Below are positions 51,519 through 61,814 of a stretch of DNA of 64,000 nt, in pieces. The stretch covers positions 256,001-320,000 of the forward strand of contig CAWGHO010000002.1 in the NCBI GenBank assembly GCA_963822445.1, read 5' to 3'. The position numbers were made by a program, and so were the translations under genes. Position 1 is the stretch's first letter, and each line of letters begins with the position of its first letter. Source of the DNA: an uncultured Acidobacteriota bacterium. GTDB taxonomy: Bacteria; Acidobacteriota; Thermoanaerobaculia; Gp7-AA8. The notes beneath the pieces were generated by a model that did no database searches, had not been told where the DNA came from, and saw only the letters and a program-made list of their open reading frames with translations.

Positions 51519-52447
51519 GAGTGATAAAGATCGGTGCTGAGATAGCGAAGTCCGGAGTCGACGGCGATCGTTACGACGGTTGCGTCTTGGCCGAGGTTCC
51601 GGGCGATGCGTAACGCGGCGACGACGTTCGCGCCCGTCGACGTGCCGGCGAAGATCCCTTCCTCACGCGCGAGCCGCCGCGCCATCGCCTTCGCTTCGTC
51701 GGTCGAAACGGTCTCGATCTCGTTCACGAGCTCCGGCTGCCACAGCGGAGGGATGAAGCCAATGCCGATGCCTTCGATCCGGTGCGATCCCGAGGCCTTC
51801 CCCGACAGCACCGCGGACTCGGCGGGTTCGACGGCGACGATCTGCACGTCGCGATTGCGCGCCCACAGCGCCTTCGTCACGCCGTGAATCGAATGCGCGG
51901 TGCTGACCGCGTGCACGAACGCGCTGACGCGGCCGCCGGTCTGTTCCCAGATCTCCTCGCCCAGCGGCAGGTAGCCGCCGATGGCGTCGTGGTTGCGCAG
52001 CTGATCGCAGGACCAGTGACCCGGGCGCTCGCTGACCGCCGCGGCGGTGCGAATCATTTCCTTGATCAGGGCCTCGTTGATCTTCCTGTCGTCGCTCTTC
52101 ACGTCGGTGATGTGCGCACCGAAGGCCTGCATGGTCCGCCGTTTCTCATCGCTGAACGCGTCGGAGTAGACGATCTCGATGCCGTACCCCTTCGCCGCGC
52201 AGACGAAGGCCAGCGAGATGCCGGTCGTGCCGGCGGTGTACTCGACGACCGTGCCGCCGGGCTTCAGCCGCCCGTCTGCTTCCGCCGCTTCGATCGCCGC
52301 GCGGGCCATGCGGTCTTTCATGCTGCCGGTGGGATTCGCCCACTCCAGCTTCATGAAGACGCGCGCCGCCCCGGCGGGCACGATGCGGCGGAGCTCGATC
52401 AGCGGCGTGTTGCCGATTCCGGAGAGAACACTGTCTGTTTCAGTCAC
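51515..52447 (-). CDS. Cysteine synthase family PLP enzyme
   Basis: IGNTPL, KLEWANPTGSMKDR, GTSTGAN and DSGLRYLS motifs. GTG start coupled to the upstream gene. Confidence 0.9.
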   Translation of the reverse strand: MTETDSVLSGIGNTPLIELRRIVPAGAARVFMKLEWANPTGSMKDRMARAAIEAAEADGRLKPGGTVVEYTAGTTGISLAFVCAAKGYGIEIVYSDAFSDEKRRTMQAFGAHITDVKSDDRKINEALIKEMIRTAAAVSERPGHWSCDQLRNHDAIGGYLPLGEEIWEQTGGRVSAFVHAVSTAHSIHGVTKALWARNRDVQIVAVEPAESAVLSGKASGSHRIEGIGIGFIPPLWQPELVNEIETVSTDEAKAMARRLAREEGIFAGTSTGANVVAALRIARNLGQDATVVTIAVDSGLRYLSTDLYHS

Positions 52448-52823
52448 ACCACTTGTCCCCCAGGTAACAGATGGCGATTCCAACGCCGTAGGCAATGATA
52501 TCCAGCGGATCGAACCGCCCCGCGAAGAACCCGCGCGGCCACAGGATCTGACTGATTTCCGTGGCCGTGCTGGCTGCGAACAGCGTGATGGCCGCGCGTT
52601 CCGCATTGGCGCCGATGAATCGCGTCACTGGATTCAACGGCCCGACACCGGCGAGCCCGCGCACGATGACGTAGAGCCAGGCCGGAACGGTAAGATCGGC
52701 GAGATAGCTCGTGAGAAAACCACCGCGGATGTGCAGCAGATTGAGCGCCGCCGTCCCGACAAATGCCGCCGTCAGCAGCCAGTAAGTGATGGTCCACGCG
52801 CGCCGGCATGAGCGTTCGACCAT
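52440..52823 (-). CDS. Small hypothetical membrane protein
   Basis: TM helices, EISQ...GRFDPLDIIAY motif, and TATCCT-N6-ATG. Confidence 0.7.
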   Translation of the reverse strand: MVERSCRRAWTITYWLLTAAFVGTAALNLLHIRGGFLTSYLADLTVPAWLYVIVRGLAGVGPLNPVTRFIGANAERAAITLFAASTATEISQILWPRGFFAGRFDPLDIIAYGVGIAICYLGDKWCD

Positions 52824-52841
52824 GCCCGAAGGATAACCGCC

Positions 52842-53186
52842 TCAGCTCCAGAAAACGCCGAGCGGATCCTTCACCACGACGTCGAGGAGCACGCGGATGT
52901 CCTTGGCGGCTTCGACGTTCGACACGCGGTTCCAGCGCTCGCTCGATTCCGACCAGTACAGCGACCAGTTGTTCCGCGCCTCGGAGTACCGGAACTTCGC
53001 GATCGGCTTGGACGTCCAGGCGTCGGCATTCACGAAGGCCGCTCGCTGCTCGATCAACACGACGGCGTTGGTCTCGAAGCGGTAGATGTACTGCTGGCGG
53101 TCGCCGCCCACCGTCGACGAATGCTCCGCACAGAATTGCGTGAGCGCGGCCTCGGCATCCGCAGCAGCTTCGGGGGGAATCGCCAT
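52842..53186 (-). CDS. DUF3024 family protein
   Basis: PIAKFRY...WSLYW...W...DPLGVFWS. Confidence 0.85.
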   Translation of the reverse strand: MAIPPEAAADAEAALTQFCAEHSSTVGGDRQQYIYRFETNAVVLIEQRAAFVNADAWTSKPIAKFRYSEARNNWSLYWSESSERWNRVSNVEAAKDIRVLLDVVVKDPLGVFWS

Positions 53187-53202
53187 GACGCCGCAGTTTA
53201 GC

Positions 53203-54387
53203 TCAGCGCCACGGAGTGAAGCGTCGCGATCGCATCAGCACGATGGCAACGGCTCCCAGGGCGATGGCGATCGATGCGGGCCGGAGGCGGTCGTACATCC
53301 GCTGGCGACGGCCGGCCGCTGTGTGCTCTCCCGTTTCCCAGTAAACCCAGTCGTGTCCGAGCTGATTCACCGCTCCTTTTCCACCCGAGACCACGAGGAC
53401 CATCCCGTTCCCGGTCGCGGGATTCACCCGCACCATCGCGCCCCAGGCCGGCAGAGTCCCGCCGTCATGTCCGACCACGTAGCCGCCCTTCCTGTTTGGC
53501 GCGAACAAGGTATGACCGAGGCCCCACGCTCCCGTAGCGGGCTGCGGCTTGAGCATCTGATCCAGTGTTTTCCTGTCGAGCGCAGGATTGTCTTTGACGA
53601 ATGCCCGCGCGAACCGCGCGAGGTCCGCCGGCGTCGCGTACAGCGCGACCGGCGCTTTCGCCGCATAACGACGGCGCGGAGCGGACCGGAGCTCCGCGTC
53701 GTAACTCGTAGCAAGATCCTTGGGCGGAAGCGTGTTGACGTCGAAGCTGGAGCCGGTCATGCCGAGGGGCAGCAGCACTGCTTCCTTCATGTAATCGGCG
53801 AACGTTCGATTGGTGACCTCCTCGATCAGGAGTTCGAGAACGGCGTAACCGCTGCCTGAATAGACGAAGGTTTCACCCGGTTCTCGCGCGATCGCGTCTC
53901 TGAGTGCCGCCTCGAGTCGCGGAACGGGTTGGCCGGGCAGGAATCCGTAGCCCAATCCATCGTCGAGGCCGGAGGTATGGGTCAGGAGATGCCGGACCGT
54001 GACTTTGTTGCGCCGCGCATCGCTTCCGGGAAATTTCCATCGCCTCAGGTGGGCGATCACCGGCTCATCGAGTTTCAGCTTCCCCTCTTGAACGAGTCTC
54101 ATGACGCCCCAGGCCGTCACTGCTTTGCTCACCGAGGCGACCTGATAGCGGGTGCGATCCACGCTTGTTCCGCCGAATCCGTGGGCCGCGGCAATCTCAC
54201 CGTTCTTCAAGAGAACTACAGCCGCGCTGCCGAGCCTGCGGCGGTCCGCGGCTTTGCTGAGTTTCTGTACGAGGTGTTGTTCGATCGTGGCGAGATTGCC
54301 GTCGGATCGAACGGGCGCTCTCAAGTACGCATCGGCCACGGTCGCAACGAGAACGGCGATCGTCCAGATCAGGAGTCGAAGAAACAT
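53203..54387 (-). CDS. Beta-lactamase-family serine hydrolase with C-terminal TM anchor
   Basis: SVSK, LLTHTSG, YSG and GHDG motifs. Confidence 0.9.
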   Translation of the reverse strand: MFLRLLIWTIAVLVATVADAYLRAPVRSDGNLATIEQHLVQKLSKAADRRRLGSAAVVLLKNGEIAAAHGFGGTSVDRTRYQVASVSKAVTAWGVMRLVQEGKLKLDEPVIAHLRRWKFPGSDARRNKVTVRHLLTHTSGLDDGLGYGFLPGQPVPRLEAALRDAIAREPGETFVYSGSGYAVLELLIEEVTNRTFADYMKEAVLLPLGMTGSSFDVNTLPPKDLATSYDAELRSAPRRRYAAKAPVALYATPADLARFARAFVKDNPALDRKTLDQMLKPQPATGAWGLGHTLFAPNRKGGYVVGHDGGTLPAWGAMVRVNPATGNGMVLVVSGGKGAVNQLGHDWVYWETGEHTAAGRRQRMYDRLRPASIAIALGAVAIVLMRSRRFTPWR

Positions 54388-54418
54388 GGTTCGGGTCCGC
54401 GGCGAGTATGCTGCGGAA

Positions 54419-55093
54419 GTGGCTGTTCGTGATGTTAACGACTGGGAGAAACTCGCGCGCCGCGAGCCTTACTTTCCTGTCCTCACCAATGAGGGCGCCG
54501 CCGCAGCGTTTTTCGAGAGCGGCGAGGAAGACATCGCCTCGCTCCTCACTGCGATCCATTCCGTTCTGGGCCGGGAGATCGCGCTCACGTCATCGCTCGA
54601 CTTCGGCTGCGGCGCCGGCCGTCTCACACTTCCCCTGGCACGACGGGCGACCAGCGTCGTGGCCTGTGATACAGCGCCGACGATCCTCGCTCATGCTCGC
54701 AAGAACGCCACAGACGCCGGACTGCAAAACGTGACGTTCCTGACGCCCGACGAACTGCCCGCCCTGCCTCCCGCTTCCTTCGATTTCGTTTGCTCCCTGC
54801 TCGTTTTCGAACACATTGCTCCGGCCGCCGGCTACGACTTCATTCGCACACTCGTCACTCTCGTCGCTCCAAGTGGCGTCGCCGCATTGCACATCCCCTT
54901 CGGCCGCCCGGGAGGACGCCTTCGCCGTCTCGCGCGCTGGACACTTGGCGCTCAACCTCGCAGCGCAACAGCAGGCGAATACGACGCGCAACTCGTACAA
55001 CGCTATGTCGAGGTTGCGGGCGGGCGGGTGGTGGGGCGGCTTGGGACGGGAGGGGGCGGTAATTCGGGGGTTGCGGTAATTGAGAAAGCCTAG
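54419..55093 (+). CDS. Class I SAM-dependent methyltransferase
   Basis: LDFGCGAGR and FDFVCSLLVFEH motifs. TATGCT-N6-GTG start at 54419. Confidence 0.85.
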   Translation: MAVRDVNDWEKLARREPYFPVLTNEGAAAAFFESGEEDIASLLTAIHSVLGREIALTSSLDFGCGAGRLTLPLARRATSVVACDTAPTILAHARKNATDAGLQNVTFLTPDELPALPPASFDFVCSLLVFEHIAPAAGYDFIRTLVTLVAPSGVAALHIPFGRPGGRLRRLARWTLGAQPRSATAGEYDAQLVQRYVEVAGGRVVGRLGTGGGGNSGVAVIEKA

Positions 55094-55306
55094 TTGGGCC
55101 TATGTCGCGAGCGCCGACATAAGGTCCTGCTTGCTTCGCCGGCCTGTCGCGCCGGCTAATCGCGCTACATCAAGCGGCAAAGCCCTCGTGTCAGTGCCCG
55201 GGTTCGCCAAGACTGAGTCAGCCTCACGTGGGTCCTCCTTATCCCAGACGCGAGGCCGGATGACCAGCTCACCGTCGTACGCGCCCCGGCGATAGTATTT
55301 ACATGG

Positions 55307-55843
55307 ATGATCTACGAATCTGGATATTGGAAAGTTGACCTACTCAAACGTGCCGACAAGCTGGATAGACAGACACAGCAGCGGCGTTGGAGCGAGACAT
55401 CTCTTGCTCGATTCGAGCAGGAAGTTATGTTGGGATTCTATGCTGTCCGCAAGCTGCAGGAAGCGCGAAAGATCTCTGATCGACTTCGGAGTCGGCCGGT
55501 TCCTCTTATCCAGTACCGCTCCAGCGGCAAACCGGTCCGGCATCTCAACTGGGATCGGATTGATGCGCTGTACGAACTAGATAATCCGGAGCGTGTCCAG
55601 CGGCATCTGTCATTCGTAACCAACCAGATTATTCACAGTTATGTGTTCGTCCCGTGGTTTGACGAAACGAATCACCTTGTAAATCTCTTCTTCGCTTCCG
55701 ATCACGAAAAGGACCGCCAGTTATGGGCGGTTACGGTTCATGAGATAGCGGAAATCTTTGCCGAGGTGGGTAACAACGATCCGACCAGCGCGCGAATGAG
55801 CTGGGATCCCGTGACGGGGCGCGAAGTCATAGAAGTGGATTAG
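55307..55843 (+). CDS. Hypothetical protein, lower GC, cassette-like
   Basis: 178-aa ORF MIYESGYWK...NQIIHS; family not recognised. Confidence 0.7.
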   Translation: MIYESGYWKVDLLKRADKLDRQTQQRRWSETSLARFEQEVMLGFYAVRKLQEARKISDRLRSRPVPLIQYRSSGKPVRHLNWDRIDALYELDNPERVQRHLSFVTNQIIHSYVFVPWFDETNHLVNLFFASDHEKDRQLWAVTVHEIAEIFAEVGNNDPTSARMSWDPVTGREVIEVD

Positions 55844-55908
55844 CGCAGTCTGAGGCGCGACCGAAGCTAGGCCAGGAATCGCAGGTGTCGGTTACGATCC
55901 GTGATGCC

Positions 55909-56382
55909 ATGAGCTCGCAAAAGCGCTTACGCCTGCTCCTTCCGATCGAGCCACACGTCGGCGTCGGACCTATCAAGCTCGGGATGACGCGAGAAGCCGC
56001 TCGGGGCGTGCTGCGAGAAAAGGGGTTCATGCGGAGCGCGTTCGACGAAACCATGGACTACTTCTGTGACAACGCGCTTCAGATCGAGTACGACTCCGGC
56101 ACAGTCTCGTTTGTCGGTGTTGCGCGCCACGAACGCTTGGTTTGCACATATCAGGGCGTGAACGTCTTTGAGGTTTCGGCGCAGACACTCTTCGAAACGA
56201 TCTCAACTGCCGAAACCAGGCAACACTCATACACGCCGGTCGAGTACGTGTTTCACGACCAAATAGTGACGTTATGGGCTCCGCATGATGGCTACGAACA
56301 TCAGGGGTATCCGCATGTCTACGCGCAGGTCGGCTTGGGCGACACGCGTTACCTGATGGCGGTCAACGACATACCGGCATAG
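55909..56382 (+). CDS. Hypothetical protein, lower GC
   Basis: IEPHVGVGPIKLGMTRE N-terminal motif; function unknown. Confidence 0.65.
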   Translation: MSSQKRLRLLLPIEPHVGVGPIKLGMTREAARGVLREKGFMRSAFDETMDYFCDNALQIEYDSGTVSFVGVARHERLVCTYQGVNVFEVSAQTLFETISTAETRQHSYTPVEYVFHDQIVTLWAPHDGYEHQGYPHVYAQVGLGDTRYLMAVNDIPA

Positions 56383-56643
56383 AACGCACGTCGCAGGAGG
56401 CGATCTATCCGCGGGGAAGTGACTGCGGCGTGACGTCTATCGCCTGAGCTGCGGCGAGGCCCCACGTGGAGCGGACGCGCTGCCTTCTAATGGCCAATAC
56501 GATCCGGCGAATGAGTCGAGACATTGAACGTGGCCGCAGGACGAGTAGTTGCGCGATCGCGACACCAGAGCGTGCGCACTTGCACTGATGAATCGTGACT
56601 GTCGGTGTGGTCCGGAAGAAGTGACGAATGGTACGATGATGTG

Positions 56644-56877
56644 ATGACGAAACCCGCTGACAGGCTCCTCGAGGAGGCGCTCAAGCTCACACCGAACGAA
56701 CGAGCCAAGATCGCGGCGGAGCTACTTTCGAGTCTCGACGATCAAGATGAGGATGTGAAGGCAGCATGGGCCTTGGAGATAGCTCGCCGCGCGGCTGACG
56801 CTGAGGCCGACCCCGACGACGAAGAAGACTGGCGCACCGCACTGGATGAGATTCGTCGGGAAGTGCTATCCCGTTGA
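56644..56877 (+). CDS. Addiction-module antitoxin (TIGR02574-like)
   Basis: LLEEALKLTPNERAKIAAELLSSLD...AWALEIARR. TGnTACGAT-N6-ATG start; coupled to the toxin. Confidence 0.85.
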   Translation: MTKPADRLLEEALKLTPNERAKIAAELLSSLDDQDEDVKAAWALEIARRAADAEADPDDEEDWRTALDEIRREVLSR

Positions 56878-57173
56878 AACGAGTTCACCTTCGACGCATT
56901 GCTAAACGAGATATACGCGAGGCGCTAACGTGGTACCGCCAGCGCGATCCAGAATTAGCAAACCGCTTCTTGGATGAAGTGTACAAAGTGCTCCGACTGC
57001 TGGAGCAGTTTCCGAACATCGGCGGACCCGTCTTCGGCTTCAGCGACCAAGCAACACGTCAGATGCCAGTAGACACATTCCCATACCACGTGGTGTTTAA
57101 GCGGTTCACAGATCGGACATCGGTTCTAGCGATCGCTCACGACCGGAAACGTCCTGGGTATTGGAACGAGTAG
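56874..57173 (+). CDS. RelE/ParE family toxin
   Basis: AKRDIREALTWY...FPYHVVF...VLAIAHDRKRPGYW, with TTGA overlap. Confidence 0.88.
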   Translation: MKRVHLRRIAKRDIREALTWYRQRDPELANRFLDEVYKVLRLLEQFPNIGGPVFGFSDQATRQMPVDTFPYHVVFKRFTDRTSVLAIAHDRKRPGYWNE

Positions 57174-57444
57174 CGGCGGCCCAGCTCCCGTCACAGTCTG
57201 GCTAACCAGCTGCCAGGAGCTGTCGGCGGTCCGTTCGCCGGGCCGACCCTGAAGCGCATCTTGAAGCGTCTAGTTTGGCCATGGCATTGCTCCCGCGTCA
57301 GCCGTCATCGCTTTGTTCGTTCCAGATCAGTGGGGATTCGCGTTGATTTCCATGGCATGTACTGCAGGCGTGGCCTGCACGGCGTTCTACGTCCGCCCGG
57401 CTCAGTAGTCTACACTCTGAATTTCGGATCGCAGACCCACCAAC

Positions 57445-57990
57445 ATGACCAACTGGATAAGCGAACGCGCAACCGAAATGCGCCAGAGCATCGCCGCGAT
57501 CGAAGCACTCGACGCGGAGCTCACCTACGCCCAGCTCTCCTGGCGGCCGCAGGAAACCCAATGGAGCATTGCGCAGATCATCGAGCATCTGCTCCTCACA
57601 GACGCTCCCTGCGTCGAGCCGATCTCCAGATTGCTCGCCAATGCGCCGCGGGGCGAGTCACGCTGGAAGCCCACGATCATGGGCAGGCTCATCACCAAGG
57701 CGGTCGAGCCACAGACCAAACGGAAAACGAGATCGGGAAAGCAACATCTGCCCGCGCCGCAGCCGGCGGCACGGGTGATGGCGGACTACGTCGAGGTCCG
57801 GAAGCGGCTGCTCGAACTGCTCGAGCAATCGGCAGGCGTCGACCTGAACCGCGTGAAAACCAACTTCCCCATCAAGACACCCCTCCGCTACAACCTCGGC
57901 GACGCCTTCATGATCCTGACCCGCCACACCCAGCGGCATCTCCAGCAGATCGACCGGATCCGGCAGCATCCCGGATTCCCCGGGACCTGA
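57445..57990 (+). CDS. DinB family protein
   Basis: WSIAQIIEHL...HTQRHLQQI. Confidence 0.88.
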   Translation: MTNWISERATEMRQSIAAIEALDAELTYAQLSWRPQETQWSIAQIIEHLLLTDAPCVEPISRLLANAPRGESRWKPTIMGRLITKAVEPQTKRKTRSGKQHLPAPQPAARVMADYVEVRKRLLELLEQSAGVDLNRVKTNFPIKTPLRYNLGDAFMILTRHTQRHLQQIDRIRQHPGFPGT

Positions 57991-58020
57991 TCACCGCCCG
58001 TATCATCAGCGCGGAGGTGC

Positions 58021-58608
58021 GTGATGAACAAAACCCGACTGGAAGCGTTCAGCGACGGAGTCATCGCCATCCTGATCACGATCATGGTCCTGGAGCTGAA
58101 GGTCCCCCACGGCACGAGCTGGGAAGCGATCCGGCCGACCGTGTTCACGCTCCTGATGTATCTCCTCAGCTTCGTCTACCTCGGCATTTACTGGTCGAAC
58201 CATCACCACATGTTTCACGCGACGCAGCGCGTCAACGGCAGCATCCTCTGGGCGAATCTGCACCTGTTGTTCTGGCTGTCGCTCATCCCCTTCGCGACGA
58301 ACTGGATGGGCGAGAATCACTTCAGCGCCTTTCCGACCGCGATCTACGGCGTCGTTCTTCTGGCGTCGGCGATCGCGTACACGATCCTGCAGAACCGGAT
58401 CATCGCCCAGCATGGACACGAATCGGTGCTGGCCATGGCGGTGGGGAACGACTTCAAGGGAAAGCTCTCGATGGCGCTCTATTCGCTGGGGATCGTCCTT
58501 GCGTTCGTCCATCCGCTCATCGCGAATGCGCTCTACACCACCGTCGCGCTGATGTGGCTCGTGCCGGACAAGCGGATCGAAACGCGCCTGGCCATCGAGC
58601 ACGATTGA
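58021..58608 (+). CDS. TMEM175 family K+ channel
   Basis: RLEAFSDGVIAILITIMVLEL and YWSNHH signature motifs. Confidence 0.93.
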   Translation: MMNKTRLEAFSDGVIAILITIMVLELKVPHGTSWEAIRPTVFTLLMYLLSFVYLGIYWSNHHHMFHATQRVNGSILWANLHLLFWLSLIPFATNWMGENHFSAFPTAIYGVVLLASAIAYTILQNRIIAQHGHESVLAMAVGNDFKGKLSMALYSLGIVLAFVHPLIANALYTTVALMWLVPDKRIETRLAIEHD

Positions 58609-58636
58609 GGCGTGAGACAATCCGCGCGCTTCCAAC

Positions 58637-61264
58637 ATGACGATCGTCGCGGGCAAACGGCTTGGGCCTTATGAAGTGATCGCTCCGCTCGGTGCGGGAG
58701 GCATGGGCGAAGTCTGGCGGGCCAGGGACACCCGGCTCGATCGCAGCGTGGCCATCAAGATCCTGCCCGAAGGGTTCGCGCAGAACGAGCAGTTCCGGGC
58801 GCGATTCGAGCGCGAAGCGAAGACGATCTCGTCGCTCAACCATCCCCACATCTGCACGCTCTTCGACGTCGGACATGAGAACGGCGCGGACTTTCTGGTC
58901 ATGGAGCTGCTCGAAGGAGAGTCGCTCGCGGAACGGATCGCGAAAGGTCCGCTGCCGATCGACCAGGTCCTGAAATTCGGCGCGCAGATCGCGGACGCGC
59001 TCGATCGCGCGCACAAGCAGGGTATCGTCCACCGCGACCTCAAGCCCGCCAACGTGATGATCACGAAGAGCGCCGCGAAGCTGCTCGACTTCGGACTGGC
59101 GCGGTCGTCCGCGGAAACCTCGCCCGTGCGCGGTCTCACCGAGATGCCGACCCAGGCCAAGCCGCTCACCCAGGAAGGAACGATCCTCGGCACGTTCCAG
59201 TACATGGCGCCGGAACAGCTCGAAGGCCTCGAGGCCGACGCGCGAACGGACATCTTCTCCTTCGGCGCACTCCTCTACGAGATGGCCACGGGCCGGCGCG
59301 CGTTCGACGCAACGTCGCGGACGAGTCTCATCGCGGCGATCGTGTCGTCGCAACCCGCGCCGATCTCCACGGTCGCGCCGATGACACCGCCCGCGCTCGA
59401 TCACGTCGTGCGCAAATGTCTGGAGAAGGATCCCGAGGATCGATGGCAGTCGGCGCACGACGTGGCCAGCGAGCTGCGGTGGATCAGCGAGGGCACGTCG
59501 CAGTCAGGGCTCACCGCGACCGGCGGCATGAAGCATCGAACGCGCGAACGCATCGCGTGGGCGCTGGCGGCGCTGGCCGCCCTCGCCGCGATCGTCGTCA
59601 CGGGTTTGCTACTGACGCGGCGCGAACCGGCGCGCAAACCGATCGAATCGGCGATCGTGTTGCCGCCGGGCTCGCGGATCGCGCTGACCGACGGCGTGGA
59701 AATGTCGCCCGATGGCGAGAACGCCGCGTTCGTCCTTTCCGATCTGCGTGGTGGGCGCAACACGATCTGGCTTCGTCCACTCGCATCGGGGACATTCCAG
59801 CGGCTCAGCGGCACCGAGGGGGCGGTGCGGCCATCCTGGTCACCCGATTCGCGCAAGATCGCGTTCTTCGCCGATGGAAAGCTCAAGATGTACGACATGC
59901 GCGGAGGCGGTGTGAGCGTGGTGTGCGACGCGAGACCTGGCGGCGGCTCGTCGTGGGGAGCCGGCGGCACGATCGTCATCGGACGCGCGGCGCACGGAGG
60001 CCTTGCCAGCGTGAAAGCGAGCGGGGGTCCCCCGGTGTCGCTGACGAAGTTGCGGGACGGCGAGACCAGCCATCATTCACCCTACTTTCTGTCGGACGGG
60101 AAGACCTTCCTCTTCCTCGCGGTCAACAAGTCGGCCGACAAATCGGCGATCTGTCAGTCCTCTCTCGACCAGCCCGATGAGATCAAAACCGTCATTCCGG
60201 CGTTCTCGACGGTGAGCTGGGTCGAGCCTGGCATCGTGCTCTACTCACGCGAAACGCGCCTCGTTGCGCAACGTTACGATGCCGCGAAAGCGAAGACGGT
60301 CGGAGACGCGGTCACCGTCGCCGAGCAGTTCAACAGCTACTCCGCCTCGAACGACGGGAAGCTGCTCCTGCAGCGCAACCCGAACCTGGTGTTGTCGCAA
60401 CTCGTGTGGGTCGATCGCGCCGGGAAAGACCAAGGCGTCGCCGGTCCGCCGGGCCTGTATTTCAGCCCGTCGATCTCGCGCGATCAGCGCCGTTTCGCAG
60501 TCGATGTCTCCGCCGCACAAACAGGCAATGGCGACATCTGGATTTACGACATCGCGCGCAATGCAGCGACGCGGGTGACTTATGACGAGCCGAACGAGTC
60601 GGCGCCGCGCTGGTCCGCGGACGACCGGCGGATCATCTATTACTCGTCCGTCGAGGACCGCGGCGACATCTACGAGGTTGCCGCGGGCGGAACCGGACAG
60701 GCGCGATCGCTTGCGTCCGATGCGCGCGAAAAACGCCCCACCCACGTATCCCGCGACGGCCAATGGATCCTCTTCAACACCCTCGGCGCCGGCAACATGG
60801 ACATCGGCGTCTGGTCGGCCGCGGAGAAACGTCACCGAACGTGGCTGGCGACGCCGTTCCACGAACAATGCGCCCAGCTTTCGCCGGACGGCAAATGGAT
60901 CGCCTATCAGTCCAACGAATCGGGACGCTGGGAGATCTACGTTCGCGCGTTCCCGGAGTCGGATCGGAAGTGGCTGATCTCGAACGAGGGCGGCACCATG
61001 CCCGTGTGGCGCGCCGACGGTCGCGAGCTGTTCTACGTTTCGCTCGACGGCAAGATGACGGCCGTTGCGGTCACCGCCGGCGCCGATTTCGAGGCCGCTG
61101 CGCCGGTGGCGTTGTTCGACGCGCCGCTGCGCCAGCACGCGACGACGCAGTACGACGTCACGAACGACGGCCGGTTCCTGCTCAACCGGCGCGTCGAGAA
61201 CGCGAACGCCGATCCGATCTCGCTGCTGCAGAACTGGGATGTGCAGTTGCAGGGGAAGGATTGA
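58637..61264 (+). CDS. Ser/Thr kinase with TM segment and TolB/PD40 beta-propeller
   Basis: GAGGMG, HRDLKPAN, DFG and YMAPE motifs, then SPDG/PSWSPD repeats. Confidence 0.93.
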   Translation: MTIVAGKRLGPYEVIAPLGAGGMGEVWRARDTRLDRSVAIKILPEGFAQNEQFRARFEREAKTISSLNHPHICTLFDVGHENGADFLVMELLEGESLAERIAKGPLPIDQVLKFGAQIADALDRAHKQGIVHRDLKPANVMITKSAAKLLDFGLARSSAETSPVRGLTEMPTQAKPLTQEGTILGTFQYMAPEQLEGLEADARTDIFSFGALLYEMATGRRAFDATSRTSLIAAIVSSQPAPISTVAPMTPPALDHVVRKCLEKDPEDRWQSAHDVASELRWISEGTSQSGLTATGGMKHRTRERIAWALAALAALAAIVVTGLLLTRREPARKPIESAIVLPPGSRIALTDGVEMSPDGENAAFVLSDLRGGRNTIWLRPLASGTFQRLSGTEGAVRPSWSPDSRKIAFFADGKLKMYDMRGGGVSVVCDARPGGGSSWGAGGTIVIGRAAHGGLASVKASGGPPVSLTKLRDGETSHHSPYFLSDGKTFLFLAVNKSADKSAICQSSLDQPDEIKTVIPAFSTVSWVEPGIVLYSRETRLVAQRYDAAKAKTVGDAVTVAEQFNSYSASNDGKLLLQRNPNLVLSQLVWVDRAGKDQGVAGPPGLYFSPSISRDQRRFAVDVSAAQTGNGDIWIYDIARNAATRVTYDEPNESAPRWSADDRRIIYYSSVEDRGDIYEVAAGGTGQARSLASDAREKRPTHVSRDGQWILFNTLGAGNMDIGVWSAAEKRHRTWLATPFHEQCAQLSPDGKWIAYQSNESGRWEIYVRAFPESDRKWLISNEGGTMPVWRADGRELFYVSLDGKMTAVAVTAGADFEAAAPVALFDAPLRQHATTQYDVTNDGRFLLNRRVENANADPISLLQNWDVQLQGKD

Positions 61265-61268
61265 GTGC

Positions 61269-61814
61269 GTGAAAGCAGCGCTGACGATTCTCCCGTCGCT
61301 GATCCTTCTCGGGTGTTACCCGGGCTCTGACGCGGAGACGTTTCACCGGCAACGCGAGAAAGAGAGACAGCGGGCAATCGCGGCGATGCGTCAGGCCACG
61401 AAAACCACCGCTGCCGGCCGGCGCATCGAAGGCTCCGAGCTCGAACGCTTCCTGAGCGGCCGGACTCACGTCTTCGAATACGAGACGACTCCCGACGGCC
61501 GTCGCGGCAGGTACGTCGAGTGGAGCTACTTTCGCGCGGACGGCCGACTCGTGTATCTGAATACTCTCTGGGCGCGCGACCCGAACGGCTCAGAGAAGAA
61601 CCGGTGGCACGTCGATGGCCAGCGCTTGTGCATCCTGAACACGCACATGAGCCAGGAAGAGCAGTGCTACACGATCGCGGTGACTGCCGACGAACGAGTG
61701 CAGTACTTCATCGATCGACGTGATGATCCGGCGGATGGGCTGCTCACGAAGGTCACGACCGACGCGCACGAAGGTGCGCCGCGCGAAAATGCTGCTCACA
61801 GCCAGTCGAAGTAG
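61269..61814 (+). CDS. Hypothetical lipoprotein
   Basis: GTG start just after the kinase stop, and LILLGC lipobox. Confidence 0.6.
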   Translation: MKAALTILPSLILLGCYPGSDAETFHRQREKERQRAIAAMRQATKTTAAGRRIEGSELERFLSGRTHVFEYETTPDGRRGRYVEWSYFRADGRLVYLNTLWARDPNGSEKNRWHVDGQRLCILNTHMSQEEQCYTIAVTADERVQYFIDRRDDPADGLLTKVTTDAHEGAPRENAAHSQSK

